From the IMG/VR virus record IMGVR_UViG_3300028832_000109, positions 1 through 64,000 of that record: 64,000 nt of DNA; one strand, written 5' to 3'. This document shows, piece after piece, positions 20,285-30,186 of this stretch; position 1 is the first letter of the stretch, and every line of letters starts with the position of its first letter. The notes under the pieces were generated by a model. That model saw only the letters and a program-made list of their open reading frames with translations. It ran no database searches and had not been told where the DNA came from. A program made the translations under genes and the position numbers. Source of the stretch: a virus. Taxonomy: Duplodnaviria > Caudoviricetes.

Positions 20285-22872
20285 CAGATGTTTACCCTGT
20301 CTCCCATTTCGGCAAGCTTGCCGTCACAAAGAGATTTCGTGTAGGAACGCTTGGGTGCTCCGGTAAGGTAACCGGTCACTCGGCGCAGCCTGGCGAAATA
20401 GTCCTCGTGGTCGCACCCGCATTTCGGGCAAACGTTGTCGATGATTCCGTGATAGCCGCACTTCAGGCAAGTATCCTGGTTGAACGTTATCGTGAAGAAT
20501 CCCATATCGGCTTCGTACATGGCATCGATGCATGCCTTTACCGCTTCCGGGTTTTTTGACGGGTCGCCATCCACCTTGTAATAGAAAATATGTCCGGCGT
20601 TGGTCAACTTGTGGAACGGCGCCTCGGTCGCAATCTTGTTCTCGAGAGATGTCGGGAGCGAGAAATACATCATGTGGCTGTTCGTGTAATAGCCCTTCCC
20701 GAATATGCGCATGATGTCTACGTCTTCCAGACCCTTGACCGGTTTCAGTATACGGCCGGAGGCATTTTCCACCGTAGTCACAGTGAACTTGTTCTTGTCG
20801 ATGTTTGCGAACCTGCCGGCAACGGCCTCGGCCGGAGTTGCGAAGCACGACCAGTTGAGGTGCGTTTCCTTCTGTGTCTTGTCGCAGAAATCGCGAATAT
20901 GCTTGACGATAGACAAAGCAAAGTCATCTACGTCGTGGTCGACGCCAAACGTCTTACCCGTAATGAGGGTAACCACCTCGGCGATGCCGATGTAGCCGAT
21001 GGACAGAGTGGACTGCTTGAGAACTTCCGCCACGGAATCATGGATAGAATGTTCCGTGTCGTCTGAAGTGAGGTAGAGTCCTTCCTGCATAGTGAACGGA
21101 TAGTTCTCGTACGTCTTTGTCCTGCATATGAACTCGAAACGTTCGAGCAAGCTGCCCTTGGCATCTTCGAGCATTCCATCCAGCTTCTGGAAGAACAGCT
21201 CGGTACGCTTTTCGACGCTCTTCGCCTCGATGTGAGCCTCGATGGCGAGTCTCGGGAGGTTTAGCGTATGGAACGCAAAGTTCCCCCTCGCGGTCGTCTG
21301 TTCCGGACCGTTCACGTTGCCGATGACGCGGGTGCGGCATCCCATCGTGGCTATTGTCGTATTCGGAATGAGCTTGCGGAGCTTCATCGTAGAGCCGTCG
21401 ATGCAGACCACTTCCCAATAATCGCCCACGCCCACGTCGAATTCGTATGCACAGGGGGCGATGGCTCTGCCGTTAGCACACAGCTCGCCAAAAGTAAATA
21501 CGCCCGGTTCACCGCGCAGTTTCAGCTTGGTCAGCGGCGTAACGCTGATTTCCTTCGTCTGGTACTTGACGTATGGAAGGTTGAAACTGGAATCAACCCT
21601 CACAAAGTTCGGATAGAACCTACGGGCCAGGCAATCGATTGCCTGCAAGTACAGGTCATAGTTCGGGTCACCCTCATACTTGGTATATCCGCGCATGAGC
21701 TTGAATATAAGAATCGGGAAAATTGGGGTGAGCCCATCGCCCATGCCCTCAAATTGTGCCCGCATGAGGTTGCGGCTGACCATGCGGCCGCAGTTGCTGG
21801 TGTCCAGGCCGAAGTTCAGCGAACTGAACGGGACCTGGTTACCGGAGCGGCTCTGCAAAGAGTTGAGATTGTGTACAAGCGCTTCCATCGCCTGGTGGGT
21901 CTGGCTGTCGGTAACGCAAATCGCGTTGTCTACAAGGGATGGCTTGAAACGCAGATACAGTATATGTGCCGGAGTGTTCATTGACACGTCGGCAAGTGTC
22001 TTGGTGATACGCTTGATTACTTCCGGGTCTCCCGGGCACCCAGCATACTGCCGGTATGCATGGTCCTCTGAATACTCCGCGTAACGGTTCAACTCAACCG
22101 CCAGGTTTGTCCGGAACGACATGTCCACGAACGGCGCCATGTCGAAATCGAAATTGTCACATGCAATCCCGCCATATTGCTGGTTTGACTGCAGCTGGAA
22201 GATGACGGCGGCGAGGGATGCTGCCGTCTGGATTGACTTCGCTGACCGGATGAATCCGGTACCCGAATCAAAACCCCGGGACAGCAACTTGTTGACCGGG
22301 GCAAAAAGGCAATTAAATGTAAGGTTGTAGAAGTTCAAGTCGTGGATGTGCATGTAGCCCGACTTGTGCTCGATGGCGTACTTCCGGGATATGTTGTTCA
22401 GGAGGTTGAACATCTTGTTCGTCTCCGAAGCAATCTTCCCGTATGTTCCTGCCGGTGTACCGCCGGCCTCGTTCGCGTTGTCGCGCAGGATGTTGGAACT
22501 TTTCAGCTTGGATTCGGTAATTTCCTTCAAGGTCTTGATGATTTCGGACTGGGATGTCCTCACCCTGTTACGCTCGTCACGTCTCAGAATGTACGCATCG
22601 TAGGCCTTTGGCCATCGGCCGCGCATCGCGTTCTTGACTGCGGTAGCTATCTTCTCCACGGATACCGATGCCGTTCCGTACTCGTACAGCTCGGCCACTA
22701 TTTCGTCGACCGCGGAATCCAGTTCTTCATCGGTAAATTGCGTCTTCGTCTCAACCAGAGCGTTCTTGATTCCCTGTATGATTTTTGCTGGGGTGAACGG
22801 CTGGCTCCCGCCGTCGGTCTTGTTCACACGCTTAAGAACGATTCCGGCGGGCTTGGTCATGGTGTTTTCCAT
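20284..22872 (-). CDS. nrdD: class III anaerobic ribonucleoside-triphosphate reductase
   Basis: N-terminal ATP cone, HIHDL, NQVPFSSLNFG, MGCRT, ATPAEA, YYTNSH, Zn ribbon, glycyl-radical motif RRVTGYL. Confidence 0.97.
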   Translation of the reverse strand: MENTMTKPAGIVLKRVNKTDGGSQPFTPAKIIQGIKNALVETKTQFTDEELDSAVDEIVAELYEYGTASVSVEKIATAVKNAMRGRWPKAYDAYILRRDERNRVRTSQSEIIKTLKEITESKLKSSNILRDNANEAGGTPAGTYGKIASETNKMFNLLNNISRKYAIEHKSGYMHIHDLNFYNLTFNCLFAPVNKLLSRGFDSGTGFIRSAKSIQTAASLAAVIFQLQSNQQYGGIACDNFDFDMAPFVDMSFRTNLAVELNRYAEYSEDHAYRQYAGCPGDPEVIKRITKTLADVSMNTPAHILYLRFKPSLVDNAICVTDSQTHQAMEALVHNLNSLQSRSGNQVPFSSLNFGLDTSNCGRMVSRNLMRAQFEGMGDGLTPIFPILIFKLMRGYTKYEGDPNYDLYLQAIDCLARRFYPNFVRVDSSFNLPYVKYQTKEISVTPLTKLKLRGEPGVFTFGELCANGRAIAPCAYEFDVGVGDYWEVVCIDGSTMKLRKLIPNTTIATMGCRTRVIGNVNGPEQTTARGNFAFHTLNLPRLAIEAHIEAKSVEKRTELFFQKLDGMLEDAKGSLLERFEFICRTKTYENYPFTMQEGLYLTSDDTEHSIHDSVAEVLKQSTLSIGYIGIAEVVTLITGKTFGVDHDVDDFALSIVKHIRDFCDKTQKETHLNWSCFATPAEAVAGRFANIDKNKFTVTTVENASGRILKPVKGLEDVDIMRIFGKGYYTNSHMMYFSLPTSLENKIATEAPFHKLTNAGHIFYYKVDGDPSKNPEAVKACIDAMYEADMGFFTITFNQDTCLKCGYHGIIDNVCPKCGCDHEDYFARLRRVTGYLTGAPKRSYTKSLCDGKLAEMGDRVNI

Positions 22873-22972
22873 AAATGTCCTTTTTTCTCAAACAGCAAGG
22901 GTGGTTTATATGTTTACGGGTGGTCAAAATGCTCCCGAAAATCCCTCCTGTTGTGGTCATTCGGCCATAAGT

Positions 22973-22988
22973 CCACAATATATTGTGT
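22973..22988 (-). promoter_or_regulatory. NrdR box upstream of nrdD
   Basis: ACACAATATATTGTGG matches the consensus acaCwAtATaTwGtgg at all 16 positions. A degenerate box lies 32 bp away (22941-22956). Confidence 0.8.
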
Positions 22989-23027
22989 TTTCGGCAGTTT
23001 TGGCAAAACGTTATTTTTTCTTTACAT

Positions 23028-24677
23028 TCAAACCACGGGAGGCGGTATGACCTCGACCTGAACCGGGGAGTTTATCGGTTTATCCTCGGGCAGTTTCGGA
23101 ATCGACGGGGGAGGCCCGTCAACTAGATGTCCGTCATCCCGGGCCACCATCCGGGCGTACTTTATGGTGGATATGCGCCTGGCGACAAGTTCTCTGAACT
23201 TGCCCACCGTAATCTCGTCACGGGAATACCGAACCATGTCGGTGACGACACCGGCGATATATGCGTGGGAAAGGTGGGACTCGAATATCATCTCGCAGGA
23301 CGCACAGAACTCCTCGTTCCCGGTGCTCACCCAGTCGGGCTTCGGAGAATCGAGGTGCTTGAATGCCTGCTCAACGACGTCGCTGACACGCTCGACCGTA
23401 TCCGGGTTCTTCACGTAGATGATATCGTCTATCCTTCCCGGTCGCAACTTGATTGTGCTGTGCAACTTCTGAGGCTCGTTGATGATAAGAATCGTAATGC
23501 CGCGGTATTTCGGGGATACAGTCTCGTCGATGTAGTCGATAAAGGCGCCTGTCTTCTCGTTCTTCGTGGCCATGTCGTTTCCGTCGAAGTCGTCGAACAC
23601 AAAGAACGAACCGGGAAACATGTTGAGCACGCGGAACACGTTGCTCATTCCCCTACGGTCGGAAATCGAGTCCGGCGATATCCAGAACACCGGAACGTCC
23701 GGGAAATTCATCAGCAGGCGATTGACCGAGATAGTCTTTCCGGTACCCTGGTCTCCCTGGACTATATAACCGCGCCGCCCCTTATTGTCCAGAACGTTCC
23801 TTATGAATGCGGTTTCGGACTCCATGGTGCGGATGGGCGTGCCGTCCTCATCGTACAGGTCGAAATTCTTGACATCGAAATCGATGACCGGGCGAGGCTC
23901 GACATACAGGTTACCGTACTTTATGCGGATGAGGTTCTTTGATATGTCGATATGGTCGACATATATACCGTAAATTATCGCGGGCAAGGCAAATAGCAGG
24001 TCCATGCTGTAATGCCCCATCGGCATACCGAAAGTGATGAACGCATAGCTCTCCTCGCCTATCCGGTCGCCACGGCGTTTCCCGCTGGAGAACGCGAGCT
24101 CGAAGCCAACATGGTAAGTGGAGCCTTTGTGCTTGAGCTCGGTGTCGATATGGTACATCGAAGAATGCGTCGTCTCATCACAATGGTCATCTTCATCACG
24201 GTGCACCTTGATGAACCGAATGCCGTACTTTTCCTGTTCCTGTTCGCTGAGCGCCAGGAACGTCTCGCAGATGCTGGCGGTCGCGTCCATCGAATCCGAT
24301 ATCATCACGTTCCCGCCAGGGAGGCCCATGAACTTCGCAAGCGCGTCATACGGAGTGTGCACGTCATGCTTCGCGGATATGAAAAGGTTATTCACCACGG
24401 TAGTCGCCCGCATCAGGCCGAAGCCCGTCTCCACGAGGCCGAGGTACGCGTTCACGACTGGATTAGAGGTGTTCGCGCGGATGAGCCCGGAAAGCATGTC
24501 CACGAATCCGCCTGCCGCGGTGACGAGCTTTTCGGAGTTCTGGCGGAGGGCGCCCACGAGGAGCCTCAGCTTTCCCCTGGCATCTAGCTTGACCCATTCA
24601 TTCGAGTCAATCTCAATCTTTACAAGAAGGTCCGAGATGGGATTCTTTGAATTTAGGTCACGTTCGTTATTATTCAA
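23028..24677 (-). CDS. AAA+ ATPase with a long N-terminal domain
   Basis: GDQGTGKT, FVFDDFD, LIIN, LRPGRID. Same size and layout as 14022-15665. Confidence 0.9.
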   Translation of the reverse strand: MNNNERDLNSKNPISDLLVKIEIDSNEWVKLDARGKLRLLVGALRQNSEKLVTAAGGFVDMLSGLIRANTSNPVVNAYLGLVETGFGLMRATTVVNNLFISAKHDVHTPYDALAKFMGLPGGNVMISDSMDATASICETFLALSEQEQEKYGIRFIKVHRDEDDHCDETTHSSMYHIDTELKHKGSTYHVGFELAFSSGKRRGDRIGEESYAFITFGMPMGHYSMDLLFALPAIIYGIYVDHIDISKNLIRIKYGNLYVEPRPVIDFDVKNFDLYDEDGTPIRTMESETAFIRNVLDNKGRRGYIVQGDQGTGKTISVNRLLMNFPDVPVFWISPDSISDRRGMSNVFRVLNMFPGSFFVFDDFDGNDMATKNEKTGAFIDYIDETVSPKYRGITILIINEPQKLHSTIKLRPGRIDDIIYVKNPDTVERVSDVVEQAFKHLDSPKPDWVSTGNEEFCASCEMIFESHLSHAYIAGVVTDMVRYSRDEITVGKFRELVARRISTIKYARMVARDDGHLVDGPPPSIPKLPEDKPINSPVQVEVIPPPVV

Positions 24678-24679
24678 AG

Positions 24680-24907
24680 CTAGCCTCCTTGTCCCACATC
24701 GTACATTGCCTTCGGCGCGTCCGGCGGGACGTCGTTGGTCCCTTCGGCACCGCTTCCGTCGTTAAAGGTAAATTTTTTGGTATAAAGACGCTTGGACCCG
24801 CCGTACAGCCAAGTACGAACGAATATCCTCGCCAGGTTCACGCCGAACACCACGAACATGGCTATCTTGGCGTATCTGACCACACGCATATGCAAATTCT
24901 GTTCCAT
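24680..24907 (-). CDS. small putative membrane protein
   Basis: Hydrophobic IAMFVVFGVNLARIFV. Start placed downstream of the promoter motif at 24920-24930. Confidence 0.55.
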   Translation of the reverse strand: MEQNLHMRVVRYAKIAMFVVFGVNLARIFVRTWLYGGSKRLYTKKFTFNDGSGAEGTNDVPPDAPKAMYDVGQGG

Positions 24908-24919
24908 AGTCCTAACCTG

Positions 24920-24930
24920 AAATATAGCAA
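24920..24930 (-). promoter_or_regulatory. TTGCTATATTT promoter motif
   Basis: Exact copy of the 11-mer. Confidence 0.6.
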
Positions 24931-24933
24931 GTG

Positions 24934-25626
24934 CTATCTTGTACAAATCTGAATCAATTCGTCCATTGTCGCCACCCGGAACCCACCAGATTGAACCCGT
25001 TCCACCAGTCGCCGACCGGGCTCGCCCGTATGGTACATCGCAAGCGAGTGGAGATAGCCGCGGGAACAGTCGCCAAGATGGACCACCGTCGGACACGTAC
25101 GGTACAGTGCAGCGACCCCGGGAAGAGACGGCTCGCTGATTACGGTGACATCGTTGGAGTCACGGAGCAGTGCGGCAACGGCGCCGGCCAGCTCGGCACT
25201 TCCACGGGTGGCCACGGCGACCTTCTTGCCTTTTAGCCCCGCCCGTTCCAGCGTATCCTCCATGCCTTCCCGTATCCTCCCGCCGACCACGGCGTCGAAC
25301 ACTGCCGAAGGCGGCATCCGGTGCATGTCGGAAGCACGCAATGGATAGCTGGTAAGGTTGCATGTGCATCCGGGAACGTCTCCCAGGCCGATGCGGAACA
25401 GCGCCGTCTTCTTTTCAGGATAGTCGAGCGCATCATGGAATATCGCGCACCTTACCGGGCACTCGTCGGGCACCATGCAGTAGCCGTCGGCAGCCTGCAC
25501 CACGCAACCGACACCGCGCGTGCCGGGGACCCAGTACGCGCCGCCGATGGCACCGGCAATTCCCAACGACAGCATGTCCAGCTTGGAATCCCATTCCGGC
25601 ATTATGTCCTTCACGAAACGGAACAT
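24934..25626 (-). CDS. hypothetical protein, weak resemblance to degenerate MDR (Zn-ADH-like) oxidoreductases
   Basis: GTRGVGCVVQA and LERAGLKGKKVAVATRG...AALLR..DVTVI recall MDR motifs without GHE or GxGxxG. Confidence 0.4.
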   Translation of the reverse strand: MFRFVKDIMPEWDSKLDMLSLGIAGAIGGAYWVPGTRGVGCVVQAADGYCMVPDECPVRCAIFHDALDYPEKKTALFRIGLGDVPGCTCNLTSYPLRASDMHRMPPSAVFDAVVGGRIREGMEDTLERAGLKGKKVAVATRGSAELAGAVAALLRDSNDVTVISEPSLPGVAALYRTCPTVVHLGDCSRGYLHSLAMYHTGEPGRRLVERVQSGGFRVATMDELIQICTR

Positions 25627-26672
25627 GCCTTCTCCTTTCGCCTTGCCAGTTCGACCTCGATGTCTTCCGGGAGCGGAGAGAATCCGGGCATTACGCCATC
25701 TATGAATTCCACCAAACCGGCGGGGCCGTCCTCCTTCTCGATTTCGTCCAGCACGTCGGAAAACGATGCGCCTGCCCGGACATCATAAATCGTGGTGTCT
25801 ATCTTGAGCGACTTCCTGTCGAGATACAGCGGAGGGGTACCTTCGATTACGGGCAATATGAGTTCCGTGCCCAGCCGGCCCATTGCGGAATACTTCTCTA
25901 CCATTTCTGACAGCGTGCTATTCCCGGAAACATACGAGGCGAAGTCCGCTTCGGACATGCGCCTTACGCAAGCGCACATTACTCGGTTCTTCCGGTATGC
26001 GCTCCCCTCGATGTACTCCCTGGTATTCACCTTGGGGTGGAACATGTGATACGCCACGACATCCTTGTCCCGGTTCCTTTCGACCGCAGCCCCAACCCTG
26101 CGGCACTTGAAAAGGAAGGAATCGTCCTCCGCGCCCCATCCGAGAAATTCCCTGTCGAATCCGCCTACCGCGTCGAATGTATCCCGGGTAAATGCGTTGC
26201 ACAGCCCGGTCTGCCTGTTTAGCGTGGCGCCCCTGTCCTTCTGCCCTCCCCACGGCTTGCCTGCGGATACCAGCCGCCTGGTGTCCGTCTCGTCGAGATA
26301 TGCGGTATCTCCGTACGGGAACAGCAGCTTTCCCGGGCCCGCATTGGCGATGATGTACTCGGCCATGGGGCGCGTCATGTAGAGGTCGGCATCGACCATC
26401 ACGTACAGGCGATATCCGGGATTGCCGCGCACGGCCGAATCCAGCAGCGAGGCCTTGTGGAAAGGCTCGCCGCACGGCGTCCCATCGCACGAGTGGCGAA
26501 CCCTCCCGGACAGCCCGCTTTCGCGCAACCACGCGCCATCGCCCTGCTCGGCGACAAGATGGTCCGCCTCCGGGAACACCGCGGCGACGCGGTCGATGCA
26601 CGCCGCCATGTTCCTCCTGCGGTACCTGTCCCCGGCATCGCGGAAAGCCGTTATTGCGAGAATTTCGTTCAT
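25611..26672 (-). CDS. GT-A glycosyltransferase (GT2/GT7-like)
   Basis: VMVDADL (DxD), VGGFDREFLGWGAEDD, YHMFH. Start reassigned to MNEILA (GGAGG RBS). Confidence 0.88.
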   Translation of the reverse strand: MNEILAITAFRDAGDRYRRRNMAACIDRVAAVFPEADHLVAEQGDGAWLRESGLSGRVRHSCDGTPCGEPFHKASLLDSAVRGNPGYRLYVMVDADLYMTRPMAEYIIANAGPGKLLFPYGDTAYLDETDTRRLVSAGKPWGGQKDRGATLNRQTGLCNAFTRDTFDAVGGFDREFLGWGAEDDSFLFKCRRVGAAVERNRDKDVVAYHMFHPKVNTREYIEGSAYRKNRVMCACVRRMSEADFASYVSGNSTLSEMVEKYSAMGRLGTELILPVIEGTPPLYLDRKSLKIDTTIYDVRAGASFSDVLDEIEKEDGPAGLVEFIDGVMPGFSPLPEDIEVELARRKEKACSVS

Positions 26673-26685
26673 TTTACCTCCGTGA

Positions 26686-26693
26686 TATAAACT
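26686..26693 (+). promoter_or_regulatory. TATAAACT late-promoter-like motif (terminase)
   Basis: 46 nt upstream of the terminase ATG. Resembles T4 late TATAAATA. Confidence 0.65.
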
Positions 26694-26739
26694 AGGTATT
26701 TGTGGACACGACAACACCGCGTCCGGGAGATATTTTAGT

Positions 26740-28395
26740 ATGCCATTCAATGGGATTTTCAACCTGCGCGACGCCAACGAGAGCGTCACCCTGGATGCCA
26801 AAAAGGTCCAGGAATTGAAGCGCTGCGCGAAAAACCCGATTTACTTCATCAGGAACTACGTGTACATCAACACGAAGGACCACGGGATGCAACTGATGAA
26901 GACCTACCCGTTCCAGGACGCCGCAATCCTCCGCTTCATGCGGTACCGCTTCAACATCAACAAGTGGTCCCGCCAGGTGGGTAAGTCGACCGTCGTACGC
27001 GCATACATCCTCTGGTACGCACTGTTCCACAAGGACAAGCTGATAGCGATGCTCGCCAACAAGCTGATGCTCGCGAAGGAACAGCTGCAACTTCTGCGCG
27101 ACTCCTACGTGGCACTCCCGTACTGGCTGCAGCCGGGCGTAAAGCTTTGGAACAAGCTCAGCATCCAGTTCAGCAACGGGTGCCGAATAATGGTCGCCGC
27201 GTCGTCGCCGGACGGCATCCGCGGGTTCTCGCCAAACCTCCTCTACCTCGACGAGTTCGCGTTCCTGCGACCCGGCATGGCAGACGAGTTCATGGCCTCC
27301 GTGATGCCCACGATTTCTTCCGGGAAAACCACCCGGATAATCATCACGAGCACCCCCAACGGCCTTAACCACTTCTACAGGATGTGGGAGGACGGCGTCG
27401 AGGAAGACCAGGCCACTCCTCACGACATGGAGTCCAAGTACATACGTTCGACTGTGCTGTGGAACGACGTGCCCGGACGCGAACCCCAGTGGGGAATCGA
27501 CGAGGAGGCGCGTATCGGCGAGCAGAGGTTCAGACAGGAATACCTCTGTGAGTTCATCGGTTCTGCCACGACCCTCATCGACTACAAGATATTGCAGGAC
27601 CTGAAACCGGTTACACCCATGCGCATTCCCGGAGTCCCCGCGCCATACTCGCTGAGGATATACAATACTCCCCTGCCCCGGCAACTCATGGAAAAGGAGG
27701 ACTGGACGTATGTCGCCGCGCTCGATACTGGATTCGGTATGCGGCAGGACTACCACGTGCTGCAGATTCTGCTCGCGAAGAGCTCCTGCCGCGCCGAGCA
27801 GGTCCTCGTATTGTCGTCCAACGAGGTAACGGTCGAGGACTTCTGCTCCATGTCGGCCAGCATCCTGCACATGTACGGAAACCCGCCGCTTACCATCGAG
27901 TTCAATGGCGGCTCTGGCATGACGGCCCACAAGACGATGTTCGAGAAACTGGGGTACGACAACCTCATCAACTACGACAAGTATTTCCGCGGCATCTACT
28001 CGACAAACCCAATCAAGACGACCGCCGTAATGCTACTGAAACTGTATGTGCAGCGCGGGTACCTCACCCTGAAGGATGAGAATACCATCAACGAGCTCAT
28101 GAGCTTCACAAAGCTAAACCAGTTCACCTGGGGAGGTTCCGGTGGAAACCACGACGACCACGTGACGTCGCTGTACTGGTGCGTCTACTTCATGGAGTCC
28201 GGCTGGTTCCCTGGCAAGCACGAGGACATCAAGTTCCTCGACGCGCTGGAAATCACGTTCGCTGGAGGGGACGTACGGGAAGCCCTGCAGGCCGCGGTCC
28301 TCACGGGCGCGGACCCTGTCGCCATAAAGGAACAGCGTGCCCTAGCGGACCTTTCGGCGAAAACCCAATACGCTCCAGCAACGGCAACGGTATAA
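26740..28395 (+). CDS. terL: terminase large subunit (T4 gp17-like)
   Basis: YPFQ, SRQVGKST, LYLDEFAF, ITSTPNG, FRQEYLCEF, ALDTGFG, HDDHV. Confidence 0.96.
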   Translation: MPFNGIFNLRDANESVTLDAKKVQELKRCAKNPIYFIRNYVYINTKDHGMQLMKTYPFQDAAILRFMRYRFNINKWSRQVGKSTVVRAYILWYALFHKDKLIAMLANKLMLAKEQLQLLRDSYVALPYWLQPGVKLWNKLSIQFSNGCRIMVAASSPDGIRGFSPNLLYLDEFAFLRPGMADEFMASVMPTISSGKTTRIIITSTPNGLNHFYRMWEDGVEEDQATPHDMESKYIRSTVLWNDVPGREPQWGIDEEARIGEQRFRQEYLCEFIGSATTLIDYKILQDLKPVTPMRIPGVPAPYSLRIYNTPLPRQLMEKEDWTYVAALDTGFGMRQDYHVLQILLAKSSCRAEQVLVLSSNEVTVEDFCSMSASILHMYGNPPLTIEFNGGSGMTAHKTMFEKLGYDNLINYDKYFRGIYSTNPIKTTAVMLLKLYVQRGYLTLKDENTINELMSFTKLNQFTWGGSGGNHDDHVTSLYWCVYFMESGWFPGKHEDIKFLDALEITFAGGDVREALQAAVLTGADPVAIKEQRALADLSAKTQYAPATATV

Positions 28396-28428
28396 ACTGA
28401 GGATTAATCCAAGACGGTTTAATTGCCC

Positions 28429-29448
28429 ATGTCCAGTTTCAATGACCTCGACGAACTGTTGCAGCTCACCAAGATGGTGGAAGCGACCTCGACCAATTCC
28501 GACACCGTGAAGGAGGAACCAGACCTTCCGGCCACGGTGCGTGCCTACGACTCCGGCGACTACACCGGGAAGGCCACGTTCCTCCGGACGCATGCCGAGC
28601 CGGAACCAACCGCGGCCGACGTTCCGAAGCCACCCAAGGACGGGAAGGCCTACGGCAGCTCCGGGAACGCCACGTTCCGGGACAAGAAGGGCAAGCCGAT
28701 AGAAAACGGGCCCCTGTTCGAAGAGGATTCTCCGGAAGACACGGTGGGCGAACCGATAACGGACGGCGCCGAGCAGTCCGCCCCCGCAGAAGGGGCCGAC
28801 CCGGATGCCGACTTCGAGGGCGCTGGAACGTCAATCGGCAAGTCGCTGAAACGCGGCTTGTCGTTCAGCCTGGAATCCGTCCGGACCGGCATGGGCAGCG
28901 AGTTCGTGAACAAGTACCTCATGGAGCAGGCGTCGGATTTGCAGGGATGCCGCAACAACCCGTTCCAACTCGGGGATGCGGTCCAGGTCAACGGGATACC
29001 CCGTATCTTCATCGTCAAGAACAATGACGGAAACATGATTCGGACGGCCAAGCCGACCAACTGCATTGCCGACTACGCCAAGGGCAAGGACGGGGTGTGG
29101 CCCGAATACTGCTTCCAGTGTGACGAGCTATCCAAGATAGACAACGCCAACCTGTCCCAGGCCGACGACATCGCCGAGTTCAACGACCGCGACATCGACA
29201 CTACCGGTTTCAACGGGCTCACCATCGACCCCAAGCCGATGGAACTTGCGCAGGAGTTCGCGAGAGAACGCAGCATGGACACCGTTGCCGATAACCTCAA
29301 CGACATTCTCGGTGTATACCGCTCGGCAGCTTCCGGGAACGACAAGGAGTTCAGCTACACCGCCGTGACTCCCAAAACGACGTTCGTGCTTCCGAACGGA
29401 GAAATTACCACTCAGGAAATCGCGCACGGATACCGGAGCCTATACTGA
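28429..29448 (+). CDS. acidic hypothetical late protein
   Basis: TATAAACT at 28391-28398 upstream. MVEA, LFEE and SLES motifs. Confidence 0.7.
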   Translation: MSSFNDLDELLQLTKMVEATSTNSDTVKEEPDLPATVRAYDSGDYTGKATFLRTHAEPEPTAADVPKPPKDGKAYGSSGNATFRDKKGKPIENGPLFEEDSPEDTVGEPITDGAEQSAPAEGADPDADFEGAGTSIGKSLKRGLSFSLESVRTGMGSEFVNKYLMEQASDLQGCRNNPFQLGDAVQVNGIPRIFIVKNNDGNMIRTAKPTNCIADYAKGKDGVWPEYCFQCDELSKIDNANLSQADDIAEFNDRDIDTTGFNGLTIDPKPMELAQEFARERSMDTVADNLNDILGVYRSAASGNDKEFSYTAVTPKTTFVLPNGEITTQEIAHGYRSLY

Positions 29449-29825
29449 TGAAACCTACACTGGTATACGACGCAACCTGCGCCCTATGCACTAACTACCA
29501 GCGTTTCCTCGAGCGGCGCCTGGGTGACCGGCTCGATTACGAACCTGCCGGGGCCGAAGCAAAGGACGTGAAGTACAAGGCAGCCGACGGGGCAACCTTT
29601 TCCGGTACAAAGGCGATAGAGAAACTCACGGCCGATTTCCCTGAAGTAAGGGAACTCAACTTCTTCCTTCCGCAGAAATTACGTGATGCGGGCGTGTCGA
29701 TTCCGGGAAAACTTCCGGTTGCCGGAGTGAAAGCAGCCTATAAGGTGAGCGGTGCCGTCCGCAAGACCTATCATGCGGTCAGGGGCGGGTGCAACTGCGG
29801 TGGTGGGCCACGGAAAAGCAAATAG
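29448..29825 (+). CDS. DCC1/DUF393-like thiol-disulfide oxidoreductase
   Basis: N-terminal LVYDATCALC. C-terminal GGCNCGGG. Confidence 0.7.
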   Translation: MKPTLVYDATCALCTNYQRFLERRLGDRLDYEPAGAEAKDVKYKAADGATFSGTKAIEKLTADFPEVRELNFFLPQKLRDAGVSIPGKLPVAGVKAAYKVSGAVRKTYHAVRGGCNCGGGPRKSK

Positions 29826-30122
29826 CTAAGGTTTAGCTTTTCCGTCGTTCCAGCACATGAAATTGCATTCCGGGCAGAACGTGTAGTAGTCCACCAATAC
29901 ATCTGGAATCCAGGTATCTGTACCTTTAATATTCCGTTCGAATGTTACTTCTTTTCTATAGCAATCGGTAATCTTCGTCTTGAACTCGCATCCGCAGCGT
30001 TCGCACGTGAAGGCAAAGAACGGATTACCGTGCTTGATAATCTCGGCCGATGACGCGGTAAGACGGTCAATTCCACATATGCCCCTGAAAAGTTGTAATA
30101 GCTTCGGCATTCCAATTCTCAT
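29826..30122 (-). CDS. small zinc-ribbon protein
   Basis: FTCERCGCEF...CPEC. Confidence 0.55.
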   Translation of the reverse strand: MRIGMPKLLQLFRGICGIDRLTASSAEIIKHGNPFFAFTCERCGCEFKTKITDCYRKEVTFERNIKGTDTWIPDVLVDYYTFCPECNFMCWNDGKAKP

Positions 30123-30186
30123 GTTGAGCGAAAACGTCTTCTATTATATGGCATCGTTCAGGTCCACTATCTTCTTGCCGAAGTAA

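Noticed and set aside
21360-21570. Intein or intron in nrdD
   Set aside because: The insert is short, keeps the frame, and lacks the C/S...HN splice motifs and any endonuclease motif.
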